64,000 bases of DNA from Botryllus schlosseri (GCA_051294905.1 CM119371.1:5208001-5272000); one strand, 5' to 3'. Counted from the first letter of the stretch, positions 50,410 through 62,180 are shown. Program-made: numbers and translations. Notes: generated by a model from the sequence alone, not told the origin.

Positions 50410-51455
50410 CTGACGAGAAAAAGCCAAGATAATTGGATTGATAAATCGAAAACAACAATATCATTTGTTAGGAACTTCTAAATCAGTGGTTCTCAACCTG
50501 TTTGAGCTAGCGGGCTTGTCAAATTCTACAACGAACTTTGAAGACCAATGAACCTTCCAAAAAAGAGACTTCATTTCGTGCTGCCTTTGGATATTATAGT
50601 TTTTAAACATATGGCTTGGCAAAATTGAATACCTTATTGTGAGTCGAGTATGCGACTTCGAGTTAAGTATTCAAGTATGACTCGTTTTGATGTCACGACA
50701 GTATGGATGATGTGTATTCACTACAGAGAATATAATACAAGATTTACATCATTTCAAGATAATCCGGTATTCCTTCGACCATACCTATTTAATTGCACTT
50801 GACGACATTACCGTGGTTTGATCACGACTTCACCGATATGTCATTTCCGATATTGTGCAATGTGCATGTATGTTTGCACTATATGATCTGTAAGCTGTGA
50901 TAAGACTATTCAAGGTTTATGGCTTTTCACAGTGGACAAAGTATCAAAGCAATCATTTACAGGGATTTCACAATATCGGTCGGATTTGCGTTAATGTTAT
51001 TTTACAAACTGGATTTGCACCGAGAAATTTTGATGTTCTTCAGTGGTCGCCGCAGTCTATTATGGTATAAATCTCTGACTCGCAGAAATAGGCCTACATG
51101 TAAGAAGAAGTCGATTCAAAATGAAATAAATCAGAGATTACATAAATACCAACCTATATTTATAGCAGACTGCAATGTTGGATGAGTATCGATCAATTTC
51201 TCGAGTTGAGCTTCCAATCTTATCATATGAAAGTCCGATGATTCGTTCCGCATATGGTGGCGGCATCTTCCTTGTCACATATGTGCTCATGTGTCTTTAT
51301 ATTAGTAGCACCTGTCAAGTAGAGAAATATTACCATGCCATACTTCTATACCCTGAATTATTCGAGTCGAGCAATGAGAGATGATATTTTCGAGCACCGA
51401 AATTACATGTTCCCTACTACTCGACAAAAATTATAGTTTTGGTAGCACTGTCCAC

Positions 51456-51591
51456 TAGGTTGTTCAAAAGCAATTTTTTTCTTCAGTTGGTTGGAATTGA
51501 GCCAAATCTGGGGTGTAGCCTTTTTAGGCCACCTAACAATTTAGTCAGTGCATACCCGGAGTCCAAAAAAGTTTGTTTTTGAACAACCCTC
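51456..51591. mobile_element. Short MITE with TAGG(G)TTGTTCAA TIRs
   Basis: TAGGTTGTTCAAAA ... TTTTGAACAACCCT; imperfect TSD CTGTCCAC / CTATCCAT; related ends at 5940, 51649 and 58886. Confidence 0.55.
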
Positions 51592-52259
51592 CTATCCATT
51601 GTGGCAGCCTAGAAACGTCGATTGAACGTATGCCAGCAAACTGAACATTAGGGCTGTTCAAAAAATACTTTTTTTCCTGAATCTTGCTGGTTACGTGTTT
51701 AAATCGTTAGGTTGCCTTAAAAAACGAGGCACACCAAATTTCAATTCATTCCAACCAATAATCGCTGATTTCGGATGGTTTGACAATTTTGAATTTACCC
51801 AAAGATGCAAAAAAAATTTTTTGTCAAATTTTTCCGTCGACCCCATGAAATTGTTTCGCTGTCTTCAAAGACGATGCAAAACAAATTTGGCTCAATTCCA
51901 ACCGGTAGAAGCGGAACTATTTATGTTTTTCTTCGATAATTCTGGGATTATCCTAGATTGGTGGATAATACAAGAATTATCATCGAAAAACTCAAATAAT
52001 CATTTGGGTGTGGCCGTAAAAATATAAAATCACCTTCAACGTGATGCATATCTAAGAACTGGCATTATATTCTTCGTGGTCGCGCAAGAGATACGTATGT
52101 TATGACGTAACACTGAGTGACACTCGGATGCTCGACTAAAAGCCTAATACTGGATTCAGATTCAAATCACTCAGGTGCTCGAAATTTCCAAGTCCTACAC
52201 CTGAGACCCTCGCGATGCCCTTATAATAAACTTACACATCAATACTCTTATTTACTCAC

Positions 52260-52454
52260 AAAACACAGCCAAACGACCAGGGCTCCACATCGAAACGGTG
52301 CCCATTCTTTCCGAGAACTTCCGGGGCAATATAGTTGGGGGTGCCACAAAAAGGAATTTTTGTTTGGCCGTCGAAGTCGACTTTGGTAGCCAGGATCAAA
52401 TCTCGCCGAGATCTCCAATCTTCACCTCCATCTTGTTCAGGATTAGATTCCAAG
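52260..52454 (-). pseudogene. PLK1: PLK1-like exon 4
   Basis: gacag|LG(fs)[14 protein letters not shown]...[44 protein letters not shown]|gtgagt. Confidence 0.93.
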
Positions 52455-52853
52455 CTGTCAATACAAATTTCATATTCAAATACACAGGTATACAAACTTG
52501 TACAAACTACCAATCCAGGTAGTTGATGGTCAACAAACTATTGCCAATTTGAGGAGTTTGGTCTTAGTTATGTAATATGAAAGCAGGTTGTTCTAGTTGC
52601 AGTAGCGGATCTTGAATAGCGAGTGGTTCTACTTCAAGTTTAGCATTTAAAAAAAATGTAGTTGCAGACAACTAGAAAACGTGTGTCATCGTGATACCGT
52701 CGGTCTGTTGCATGATATTTTCGCAGCCTTTGGTAGCTCAGAGCAGGGTTGTAACCAAGTCATAAGTCAATCTCACTTTTAAAGTTTTCACTCGAGTCGA
52801 GTCATTTTCAATTCACCACCGAATCAAGTCAGAGTCCAAATCAGCTATTAGAC

Positions 52854-54213
52854 CAGGGGTTCTCAACCTGGGGGGCGCGGAAGGCTCTCAGGGGGGGGGG
52901 GCGCGAGAAATTGACGAAGTCACTATAGGGGGGCGCGAGAAATTGACAAAGTCAGTATAAATTGTACGTGTCCGAACATGTGTTTCCCATCCATTATGAG
53001 AAGACGATTAATGAAGATGAAATTTATTACATATTCAAGAAAGCTTGCAAAATACAAACTCTAGCAACCGCGCTCAACCGAGTATAGTCTGATTTCAACT
53101 TGATTTGAGCAAATTTTTGAAATTCTTTGGAGATATAGAGAGCAATTCCCACGTGTAAGTCATTCATTGCTTGATAGCTTTGACAGTAGCCTAAAGCTTG
53201 GCGCGCTGGGCAGCTCTTGTTAGTAGCTTGCGAACTGCACTGCCTAAGACAGAATTAGATGCAACATAGGTTGCCCGGTTTCGCCCTCAATTAGGCTATA
53301 AATCAACACAATTTAATTAATTTCCAAAACTGATCAAATTTAGCCTGGCAGGACAGAACGACGCCTTGCGCTCTGTACTCACGACCAGCATCAGGATTAG
53401 TCTCAGGGTGACCTACCTTGAAATTAATTAATGGATGTCTTGTTCAATGTTTTCTGTTATTTTCAAACAAGTTTGGAGAAATTTGTCATGTAAAAGACTC
53501 AACAACTGGAATGCCGATTCAAAATTGGCGTAAGATATACCTTATGTATACTATTAGATCAGGGGTGGGCAGCCTGCGGCCGTAGAAGAGAATTTGAGCG
53601 GCGTTCGACGCCTAATTCAATTAGTAGGCTATATGTTGGCAGCCGTAGACATGCAAATTGCAATTACGAATTCACTCCCGCATTTTCGAGAGATTTTAAT
53701 TAATCTTGAAATTTTCTTCGCCCTCCGCGCAATTCAACAAGACTTCATTTTTTGATTTTAATGCAGTAGCGCCCGTCTTAATCTGAGCCGGAATGAGAAT
53801 TTGTCAAGAAATAACAATTCGTTCGCAGCCCTGAAAAATTTTCGCGCTCCGCGCGACAATATGCACCTCCCGGCAACTATTCATAACATTGCCACTCGCG
53901 ATTTCGCTGTGTACAATAGGCCATTGTGAAAAGTAGAATAGTCCGGAGTTCACCGGGAATGGATATGGACAGTTTACCATAGGAAGTTTGTGTCCAGATC
54001 GTTCATTGCGGCTATGCCCTGGAATGCGGCCTTACGCTACCCCGTACATAAGTAATCGAAATGCGGCCATGATTATCAAAAACGTTGCCCACCTCTGTAT
54101 TAGATGATGTGCTCTTTTTGACATGACGATAAATGCAAGGGGGGTCAGGGGGGGCGCGATTTTTTTGACCATCTCTAAGGGGGGCGCGAGTAAAAAAAGG
54201 TTGAGAACCACTG
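52854..54213. mobile_element. Buster-type non-autonomous hAT, middle layer
   Basis: CAGGGGTTCTCAACC ... GGTTGAGAACCACTG (same TIR family as 1771-4131); TSD TATTAGAC at 52846-52853 and 54214-54221. Confidence 0.93.
53560..54097. mobile_element. Buster-type MITE, inner layer
   Basis: CAGGGGTGGGCAGC ... GTTGCCCACCTCTG; TSD TATTAGAT at 53552-53559 and 54098-54105. Confidence 0.92.
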
Positions 54214-55010
54214 TATTAGACAGTCGAGTCTAAGTCATAGTGTTTTGACTCGAGTCCGAGTCCAAGTCATTATGTTTACTGGTCAGTTATCATTCCAATC
54301 GGTCTCCAACCACTTTTTCTAACACTCCTCGAGTGATATAGAATGGTTGGCATTTATAATATCGTTTTTTTTTTCAGTTTAACAGTTTCTGGTCCTATTT
54401 TCAAGTATCAGGTCTGATATACGAAATACCAATCATGTGGTCACTTACCATTCTTCAAAGGTACAGTGACAGTCCCAGTCTTGAGTCATATGCCTCAAGT
54501 CAGGTTGAGTCACCAAATAAGTGGGACTTGAGTTTGACTCGAGTCGAGTCATAACTTGAGTCATTGCAGCCCTGGCTCAGAGTCATCACGCCAAACAGTG
54601 GCATAGGCAGGGTTGAGTACTGGGGGTCGAAAGCAATCCCGTTTCAAACTCGAAACCCCGTCAATTCGAGATGCCAATCTCCAATATTTCTTAGATCATT
54701 TGTAAGTTGTTGACCGAACAATCATTAATGAGTTGTGTATTAGTTAGTTAGTAGTAGATTCTCAATGGTCGTTAATTCAAGTAGAGAATTAGGAAAAGTG
54801 GGCAATTCTAATTCTTGTGGGGTGTTGAAAATCCAGTAATTTGTACAAGTTCACTTTAGAGAGCTTGTAGCGCCATCAGTCATTTTATGTTAGTGGTACA
54901 TAATGTGCGTAGTTCTATCCCACAAATTGGCGAACCAATCATCGGTCGGCTCTGGTTTTGACATAATTTTCGAAGATTATTAACAAAAGCACAACTGCAT
55001 ACAATGTTAC

Positions 55011-55127
55011 CTTGCTATCTCCGTGAATGATTAGACAATAAACAACATCCAGCAGAATCTGTTGCGGGAGATAAAGGGTCTCTGGTTCTGTGATGCCGTA
55101 TCTCCTTTTGAAAGCTTCCATCAGCGA
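55011..55127 (-). pseudogene. PLK1: PLK1-like exon 3 (open frame, 39 codons)
   Basis: gtcag|SLMEAFKRRYGITEPETLYLPQQILLDVVYCLIIHGDSK|gtaac. Confidence 0.9.
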
Positions 55128-55318
55128 CTGACAACAAAAGTATATGGTAATTGGATTGCTGGAAAGAAAACAATATCATTTGTTGGACACACCTAAATCA
55201 GTGGTTCTCAACCTTCCTGAGTTTGAGGGACCGTCAAATTTGTTTTTGCAGACCGGTGAACCTTCCAAACTATAAACCTCATTTAATACTGGCTTTTTGA
55301 AATCGAACATGTAATAAA

Positions 55319-55792
55319 TAGGGATGGCTAAAACAGAGTGTGTGACTGATTTGATTCTGAATCGAGTAATGAGTTTGAGTCACTCGTTTAAGCAACACCA
55401 CAAAGAATATAATGCTGATCTTAGTCACATTATAAAGATTATGTGGCACTTTTATGACCATACCTATTCCATGACACTTTGTGACAATGCTTTTGGTTGA
55501 TCACGACTACTCGGAAATGCCATTCCAACATACGCGAGTAGCTTTGTACTATATGTTTCGTATGCTGCGATACGACCAATCGAGGTTTACAGCTTTTCAC
55601 AGTGAGAAATATGATCTAAAATATAATTCCTATTGGTTTAGTTCAGCTTATTGTTAATATAATTTTTCCCTTTCGTGGCATGGAGCGTATATTATCGGTA
55701 CTCGAAACAATCATTTACTACTACTCGACTCAAATTATCAGAATTGATACTCGATTCAGATTTGAGTCATCAGATCATTGTGCTCAGCCCTA
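55319..55792. mobile_element. ~480-bp MITE with TAGGG(C/A)TGG(G)C TIRs (representative; about 11 copies, mostly in PLK introns 2 and 4)
   Basis: TAGGGATGGC ... GCTCAGCCCTA; shared interior motifs (TTGTCACAAAGTGCAATG or rc, GATTCAGAATCGAGT or rc) also at 13290, 14945, 15880, 17105, 24140, 29855, 46077, 49020, 50640, 57008. Confidence 0.7.
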
Positions 55793-56153
55793 GAAATCGC
55801 AATGGTGCAACTAGAAAAATATCACATTATCCAAACTAGATTAGAATTTGAATTATAATAAACACATTTTTCGAAATTTGATTGGAATTACAAATACCTT
55901 CTCAGTTGGGAAAAGAAATCAATTTCCTTTCATTTCCAATCGGAGTTGATTATCATAAGCATGAGAACTGTTCAGCAATCTGACTAGTTTCGCACTATAT
56001 GTGTAGAATTAGTTGACTAATTAGATTAGAATTACATTACAAGTACTTTGCTCTATTTAGCCTAATGTACGGTATAGAACAATATTTTTATGGTTGCATT
56101 TTCGATTGGCACAGCTAGAGGTATATTACATTGTACTGACAAAATGCTTTTAC

Positions 56154-56301
56154 CATTCTTTTGCACAACTCGAGAACGATGTAGACAAAATCCCAATCTT
56201 GGAAGAATCCATGAACTCCAACGACGTGCTTGTGATTCAAACTTTGACGAGACTGATCTCTTCACACATTAGTCTTTCTCATGCTACTTCACAAGCAATG
56301 C
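56154..56301 (-). pseudogene. PLK1: PLK1-like exon 2
   Basis: atttcag|[46 protein letters not shown]|gtaaa. Confidence 0.92.
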
Positions 56302-56879
56302 CTGAAATTCAGATACTAGCTTTAGTTGCAGATTTTAAAAAGTGAGTAGTTCTAATTCTAGTTGTGTATGTAAAAATATTTTAGTAGCCGATCAACCAGA
56401 AAACACGTGTCTTCGTTTGTCGTGAATCATGATACCGGTTTTTCGTTGTGTGCTGTTCTTCCAGCCGTCTCAGAGTAAGCACTACTAATAATGGTGAAAA
56501 TGCGGGTCAAAACCTTCTTGAATATTCTGTAAAAGTAGAGGTAGGCTACTATTGCTACTGAGTGACTCTGCTTGGATGCGTTGAGTGAGATGCATCCTTT
56601 CGCGTTCATTTCATACCTAAGTATAGCAAAGTTGTTCAAATAAATGCTCTGAAGGTTTGGAAATATGTCTTAAACTAGTTGCCATATTGTTTCAATATTG
56701 GCTGCATATATCGTGGCTATCGGTGAAGGTGCCACTTATCGGTATTGGCTCGAAAATACGATATCGGTCAGGCTCTAATTATGATGAATGAGACTCGAGT
56801 ACGAGATTCGAAACGTAACACTCGATTCAGAATCAAATCAATCAGGAACTCCATTTGCCAAGACCTACAGAAAACTTAC

Positions 56880-57000
56880 TGTTGAAACTCTGTAGTTTAC
56901 TTTCCAAAATTCTGAGCGATATTGTTGATCCGGTTTTTGGAAGGTTCTGAGAAACGTAGACTGTGAAAGAATGAGCTTTCAAAATATGTGATTCGTAATT
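56880..57000 (-). pseudogene. PLK1: PLK1-like exon 6, 5'-truncated
   Basis: HSFTVYVSQNLPKTGSTISLRILESKLQSFN|gtaag, homologous to 20518-20682. Confidence 0.7.
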
Positions 57001-57970
57001 TGCTGACTAGGTTTGGGCAAAGTCGACTAGGTCTGCCTGAGTGTTCAATTCCGAATCAAGTATTCGATGATAGTCACTATGACGACATATAAATATGCAT
57101 GAATGCTGTGTGAAGTTCAAATATGCACATTTCATGCAATCACAAAGAATATACGATAACACCATCTTTTTGTACTTTGTGCAATGTTGCTGGTTGATAC
57201 GGTAGCCTAACGATTTCACAGATAAGCCTATGTCATTTCCACTCACGCGAGTACCTTACTACACATGTTTAGTATGCTGTGACACGACCAATTGAGGTTT
57301 ACAGATATCCACGATGAGAAATACTATTGAAAGTGTAATTATTTAATTGGTAAATTTACTCTTCGTTCAGTTCAGTTTATTGTTAATCATCTTTTCCTCT
57401 TGTGGCCAGGAGCGTACAAGCACAGTATTCTAAAAAACCATCTCTCATGACTCGAATTATTAGAATCAATACAGATTCAGATTTGAGTACCGTACTCGAA
57501 TAGTTGTGCCAGTTCTAGTGATCAGAGTCGGGCTACTAGAGAAAATATTCAAACTAGATTAGAATTAAAATTATAGCTACACAAGTTATCGAAATTAGAT
57601 CAGAATCACTTAATTCGTAAAACAATGCGGTAAAGATCAAAATCACTTCATACCAAATAAGAGTCCATTCTCATGAACAACAGAATGACTTGCGTCTGTA
57701 CACCGAAGTAGGCTAGTTTCACACTATACAGTTTTCCTGTACAGGTACAGGTACACCATAAATTATACTAGAATTGAAATGACAGCATAAAAGTATTTCT
57801 CAAATTAGAATATTATTAGATTAACGGCATTTGGTTATGATTAGTCTAATTAGACAACTGGTATTATCTAGTTGTCCAAGTGGGCTAGCTAATAAACGCT
57901 ACAAATCTGATGTAATTGCGATCACTACAGTTAGATATACATTACAGTTGTAATGAGGAAATACGCTTGC

Positions 57971-58111
57971 CTGTCTTTTGCACAACTCGAGAACAATGTA
58001 GACGAAATCCTGTTCTTGGAAAAATCCTTGAAATCCAATGTCGTGCTTGTGATTCAAACTGCTATGGCGACCGATCTCTCTCTCTTCCTCGTGCTTATTC
58101 TTGTGAAGTGC
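57971..58111 (-). pseudogene. PLK1: PLK1-like exon 2 (open frame, 47 codons, GC donor)
   Basis: atttcag|[47 protein letters not shown]|gcaag. Confidence 0.9.
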
Positions 58112-58626
58112 CTGAAATTTAGACTTTAACGAATTTTAATCTAATGAGTTGACGGTTGACTGACTACTGTTATTTTGAATAGTTTTAGTTGCACATTTCA
58201 TAAAGTGAGTGGTTCTAGTTGCAGTTGCGAGTTTTGATAAGTGAGTAGTTCCTGTTGGGAAAAGAGACAGAAACAACAAAATTATTTAGCCACTTGAACA
58301 CTATTACACTTGAACTTAGACTTGAGATGAAGAGAGTTACCATTGAAACTAATCAAAATGTAATTCTACATAAGCAGTTGCATACATGGCCCTAGGGGGA
58401 CTGTGTGTTGAAGTAGGAATAGAAGCTGAATTGTAGAATCTGACGACATGACAGGCACAAGAGTGCTCAAGAGATGGTTTGTTTGGTTGTGTTAGACTGG
58501 CTTTGTGAATGACAACATGTAAGCTTCCGATCAAATCCATGGTTTCAACACAGTTAACAAAAGAAGGCATTGATGCATACAACATATATTGGGCACATAG
58601 ATTCCTTGCGTCTGCACTTGACTCAC

Positions 58627-58833
58627 CTTTGGCACAATTATACAAGCGAACACTTCTTTTGTTACGACTTCCGTGATTTCAAAGCATTTCGCAAATCCCT
58701 CTTTGCCAAGAAATGTACCTCTTGTGTATCGTTTTCCAGTACAGTCGTCACACACGACTTTCGGGATCTTTTTAGTACCGGTAGCGATGGTAAACTTTAT
58801 CTTACATTATTGTGAAATCTAGCACAACTCAGC
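58627..58833 (-). pseudogene. PLK1: PLK1-like first kinase exon
   Basis: [49 protein letters not shown]|gtgagt; acceptor ACGATATTTCATTTTGCAG identical to 12103-12121; the only nearby ATG is out of frame. Confidence 0.95.
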
Positions 58834-59369
58834 CTGCAAAATGAAATATCGTGCATTAACAGATACTGAAACTGATATGGTCTAATAGGGTTGTTCAAAA
58901 ATAACTTACTTCATGGTTAAATTTTACTGGCTAAAATTGTTTTATTGTCTAAAAAATATACATAACAAACTTGATTCATACTTGTACTGTAGTTCAAAGA
59001 CTGGACTAGAAGACTAGACAGCTAGAACTGGAACTAGCACTTAATTGACCATCAGCTGACCAGGTCGGTAATTTGTAGAAGTCTGCGTTACAGAACCTCA
59101 ACTTGAGGTCCTCAGGTAAAACTGATTGAATTATAATAGCGGAACTTATCATAAGCGGTGACGGTGACATCCTGCCTTCTCGATGTATACTCTAGTAGAG
59201 AGATAATTTTGTGATAATTCGCAAATTGAGAAATACGAAGTCGCGTGGGATAAATGATATTAGTCTGTGACACTGGTAAAAGGTTATGTCATTAAGTATA
59301 TAGCTTGACATTTGGAGGTTTATTGTGAGTCTTCCCAGTCAGTGCTGTAAGGCAAAAACCATCTACGAC

Positions 59370-60345
59370 TCACATCGATCTTGATGCATTCGATATTTCA
59401 TCTTGTATCCTTGTAAGCGTTCTTTCCGTGAGATCACCTGGGTTTGTTCTATGTCGCATACGGAGCCTTTGTTGTAGTGATGTCATTATCCATTCCGCGT
59501 CAATCGGTCGCTTCTCGTATTTATTTATGTCCCTTGCTCGCCAGACTGCCAGTTTGTAAACAGTGATCAATATTGTTAGCGTATTTTTTTTGCTCAATTG
59601 TCATTGCGGTTGCGATGTTCATGCCGAGTATTGCTTGGAAGTCACTTTTTGGCAGTCTTCTTTGCGTCACCTCTTGCCACGAATCTAAAGTGATATTGGG
59701 AGATTTTTAGTGGACTTACATGTCACAAATATAGGCTCATGCATCTCTATCTCGGTTTCGCACAAGGCGCAGTCTCTTGTTTTTGTTGCCCACTGGGTTT
59801 TTAAGCCTTCGTTGGTTCGGAGGAGTCTGTGCGCTACTTCCCAGTTGAACTGCCTCTGATGGTAAGTGATGCATGTGTGGTTGATATTTTCCCAGCTCGG
59901 TCCGATCATTTCGCCAATCTCTCTGTTGCATGTTCTTGACAGTGTGAGTTTGTAGCGTTGTTCTTGCTTTTGTTTCGAGTCGTCCTTTGCGAACTTCATG
60001 CTTTCCAGTCGTTCCTTGGTATCGTTCCAGTGACTGAGCGGCTGTGATGTATGTGGTATGGCGTTATTGATATCATGGTTTCGGTACCTTGTTAAAATGA
60101 TTGCCAGTTGGTGTTCGAGCCTTCTGTCCAAGTTGCTTTCCGGTTGTTTGTTCGCCCTTTTCAAGTACTCGACCGCCGGTTTTGTATACGCCAAGTCAGC
60201 CATTGTAATGATGTCGATGGTCCCGAGTCCTCCCTGCTCTTTGGGCAGGGTGATTTTGGTGTAATCAATCTTGGGATCTATACCGAAGAGGAATTTCGTG
60301 ATTTCGACTTTTACCCTGCTTCTGATGTTCCCGGCATTTTTGACG
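59370..60345 (-). mobile_element. L1/Tx1-clade LINE ORF2 3' fragment, 5'-truncated
   Basis: ITLPKEQGGLG, FNWEVAHRLLRTN..C.LC...E..EPIFVTC (zf-RVT) and LAVWRAR motifs; frame broken near 59685. Confidence 0.85.
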
Positions 60346-60721
60346 TCTGGGAGACATATGTGAATAAAGGAAGTACGTTGGTTCTTAATATGGCATGTCA
60401 TAAAGTATAAAGCTTTTTCTTCATAATAACAGTAATCTGTATTATACTTTTGCTATAGCGTATTGTAATCTATACTTTTGCTGAGCAGTGAGCAATCAAA
60501 TATCCACTCACACAGAGGGGAATCCCCCATCTACATTGCGGTCAATGAGCCGTAAACGAATCACACCGTCACAACAAACAGACGGCAGTTTTTTTTATCT
60601 CGGCGACCACACCGAAGATAATGTTAATAACCATGCAAGATGTGGAATAATAGATTTAATAAATCGCCAAACTGATATTAGATCAGTGGTTTTCAACCTT
60701 CACTAACATGGCGAACTTCTC

Positions 60722-60836
60722 CGCCAAGATAGCGTAATGGTTAAGCGTCCGGCTTCTTGATCGGTAGGTCGTGGGTTCGACTCCCGGCCGGGTCAGACCA
60801 AAGACCTGATTAGTAACACTGGTATCCATGGCTTCC
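60722..60836 (+). mobile_element. tRNA-derived SINE head
   Basis: Pol III A box TAGCGTAATGG (60730-60740) and B box GGTTCGACTCC (60774-60784), continuing into non-tRNA sequence CGGGTCAGACCAAAGAC; no complete acceptor stem. Confidence 0.75.
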
Positions 60837-60900
60837 AGGACAAAAATAAACTACGTCCTTTCCTTATAGAGCCTGTATTCCCTATAGGCACCAAGAACGA

Positions 60901-61077
60901 TGTCGGCTTACGACAGAAGTTTATTGCAGCAAAAGATGAGAACCCAACACCGCGAGCAACCGTTATATAAAGTAATTATGCGATGACACCAATCAGTCGC
61001 AATCAGCGAACAATCAATTAACAGGAGCCAACATTCGGCTCCGTTCAAACACAACACAAAACAATATTGGCGCAACG
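60901..61077 (-). mobile_element. Gypsy 3' LTR (~177 bp)
   Basis: Starts (C)GTTG directly after polypurine tract GAAGGAGAAAA (61078-61088), contains TATATAA and AATAAA, ends GACA. Confidence 0.65.
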
Positions 61078-62180
61078 TTTTCTCCTTCATTTGTCTATGA
61101 CATAATCTTTCTGCCAGACAGACGGTTTTCTGACTCTCAGAGACCGACGAGGTCGTATTGGTGGACTCTCCGATGCGAGGTCAGGTAGACGTTGTTGCGA
61201 GTCTGGTTCGGAGACAGGATCTGCGGGATATTGCCGTTCGTCGGGAGTCGATGCTTCCAAGGGCCCTTCGTCGGAGATCGACGCATTGTCGAGAATCTCG
61301 GGCTCATGCTCGATAGATTCGCAATCTGAATCAGAGTAATTCAAAGTTCGATCTATTGGTCCAATTTCGTTTGGTACCAAGCAACAGTCATTTTGACGCA
61401 CGCGATAAGTCCCATACGACAGTCGTTTGCCTCCAAACCGAGATATGTTACACCACTCGCCTTCGGTTGACAACACCAAATATCGGTCCCTGCTTCGGTG
61501 CTTTTTCTTATCGTTGTATAGGTAAACGATATCGCCAACGCCGACTGGAACCGATTTCCTCGTTTCTCGTTTCGGGGCCTTCGCAACTTCACTTGCCGGA
61601 TGATTAGCGGTCCTACGTTCCTTGTTGTTTCTTTATCAGCTCTTCATCATCGATTGGGAGAGAGGAGTTGGTGAACATGATCTCTCTGAAGCAGGATCTC
61701 CCTTGCCGAGACGCCATTTCCGCGGATACGGTTGTTGAGGTTACAAGTGGCGATTTGAATTTGTAGATGAGTCACTTGGCCTCCATGATAGCCGGATCCC
61801 TGAAGCTTCAGTATCTCGCTGGAGAGTTCTTGAACTGCTCTTTCGGCGACGGGATTTTTATTAACGTTCATGACCCTTCCCGTTTCCACAGCCATGCCGT
61901 AGGTAGAGAGGAGCGAGTCGTTCTTCAGCGCTGAAAACGATGTAGCTCCGTCCGTCCTGATGACCGAGTTCGGGCTGTTCAGTGGACGCAGGTCTAGACA
62001 CAGGATTACGAGTGCGCTACGTAGAGTCTCCGCTCTTTCGTCTGTAATGATAATAGATTTGGTAAATGAAGACACTGTTTCGCGCACCACGAGAATGCAT
62101 TTTTTCACGCTTCAGGACATCGGCAGCAAACCTTTCTCCAATGGCACAAGGTGGCGGACACGTTGACTGAGGGGTCAAAG
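61078..62180 (-). mobile_element. Ty3/Gypsy integrase remnant
   Basis: FAADV...CILVVRETVSSFT, IRTDGATSF, NPVAERAVQEL (D,D,E); C-terminus RPRRSLRVRKPSVWQKDY; frameshifts. Confidence 0.88.

Larger units (their letters stand above)
52744..54574. mobile_element. hAT MITE (CAGGGTTG family), outer layer of a triple nest
   Basis: Perfect TSD GCTCAGAG at 52736-52743 and 54575-54582; empty site in the paralog at 49809-49816. Confidence 0.9.

Noticed and set aside
52260-58833. Functional spliced PLK N-lobe protein from open minus-strand exons 1, 2 and 3
   Set aside because: No in-frame ATG in exon 1, catalytic Lys lost, intervening exons carry stops and exon 4 is frameshifted; unsupported without cDNA.
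60722-60790. Possible tRNA gene
   Set aside because: A and B boxes are present but there is no closing acceptor stem or terminator; it continues into SINE-like body sequence.
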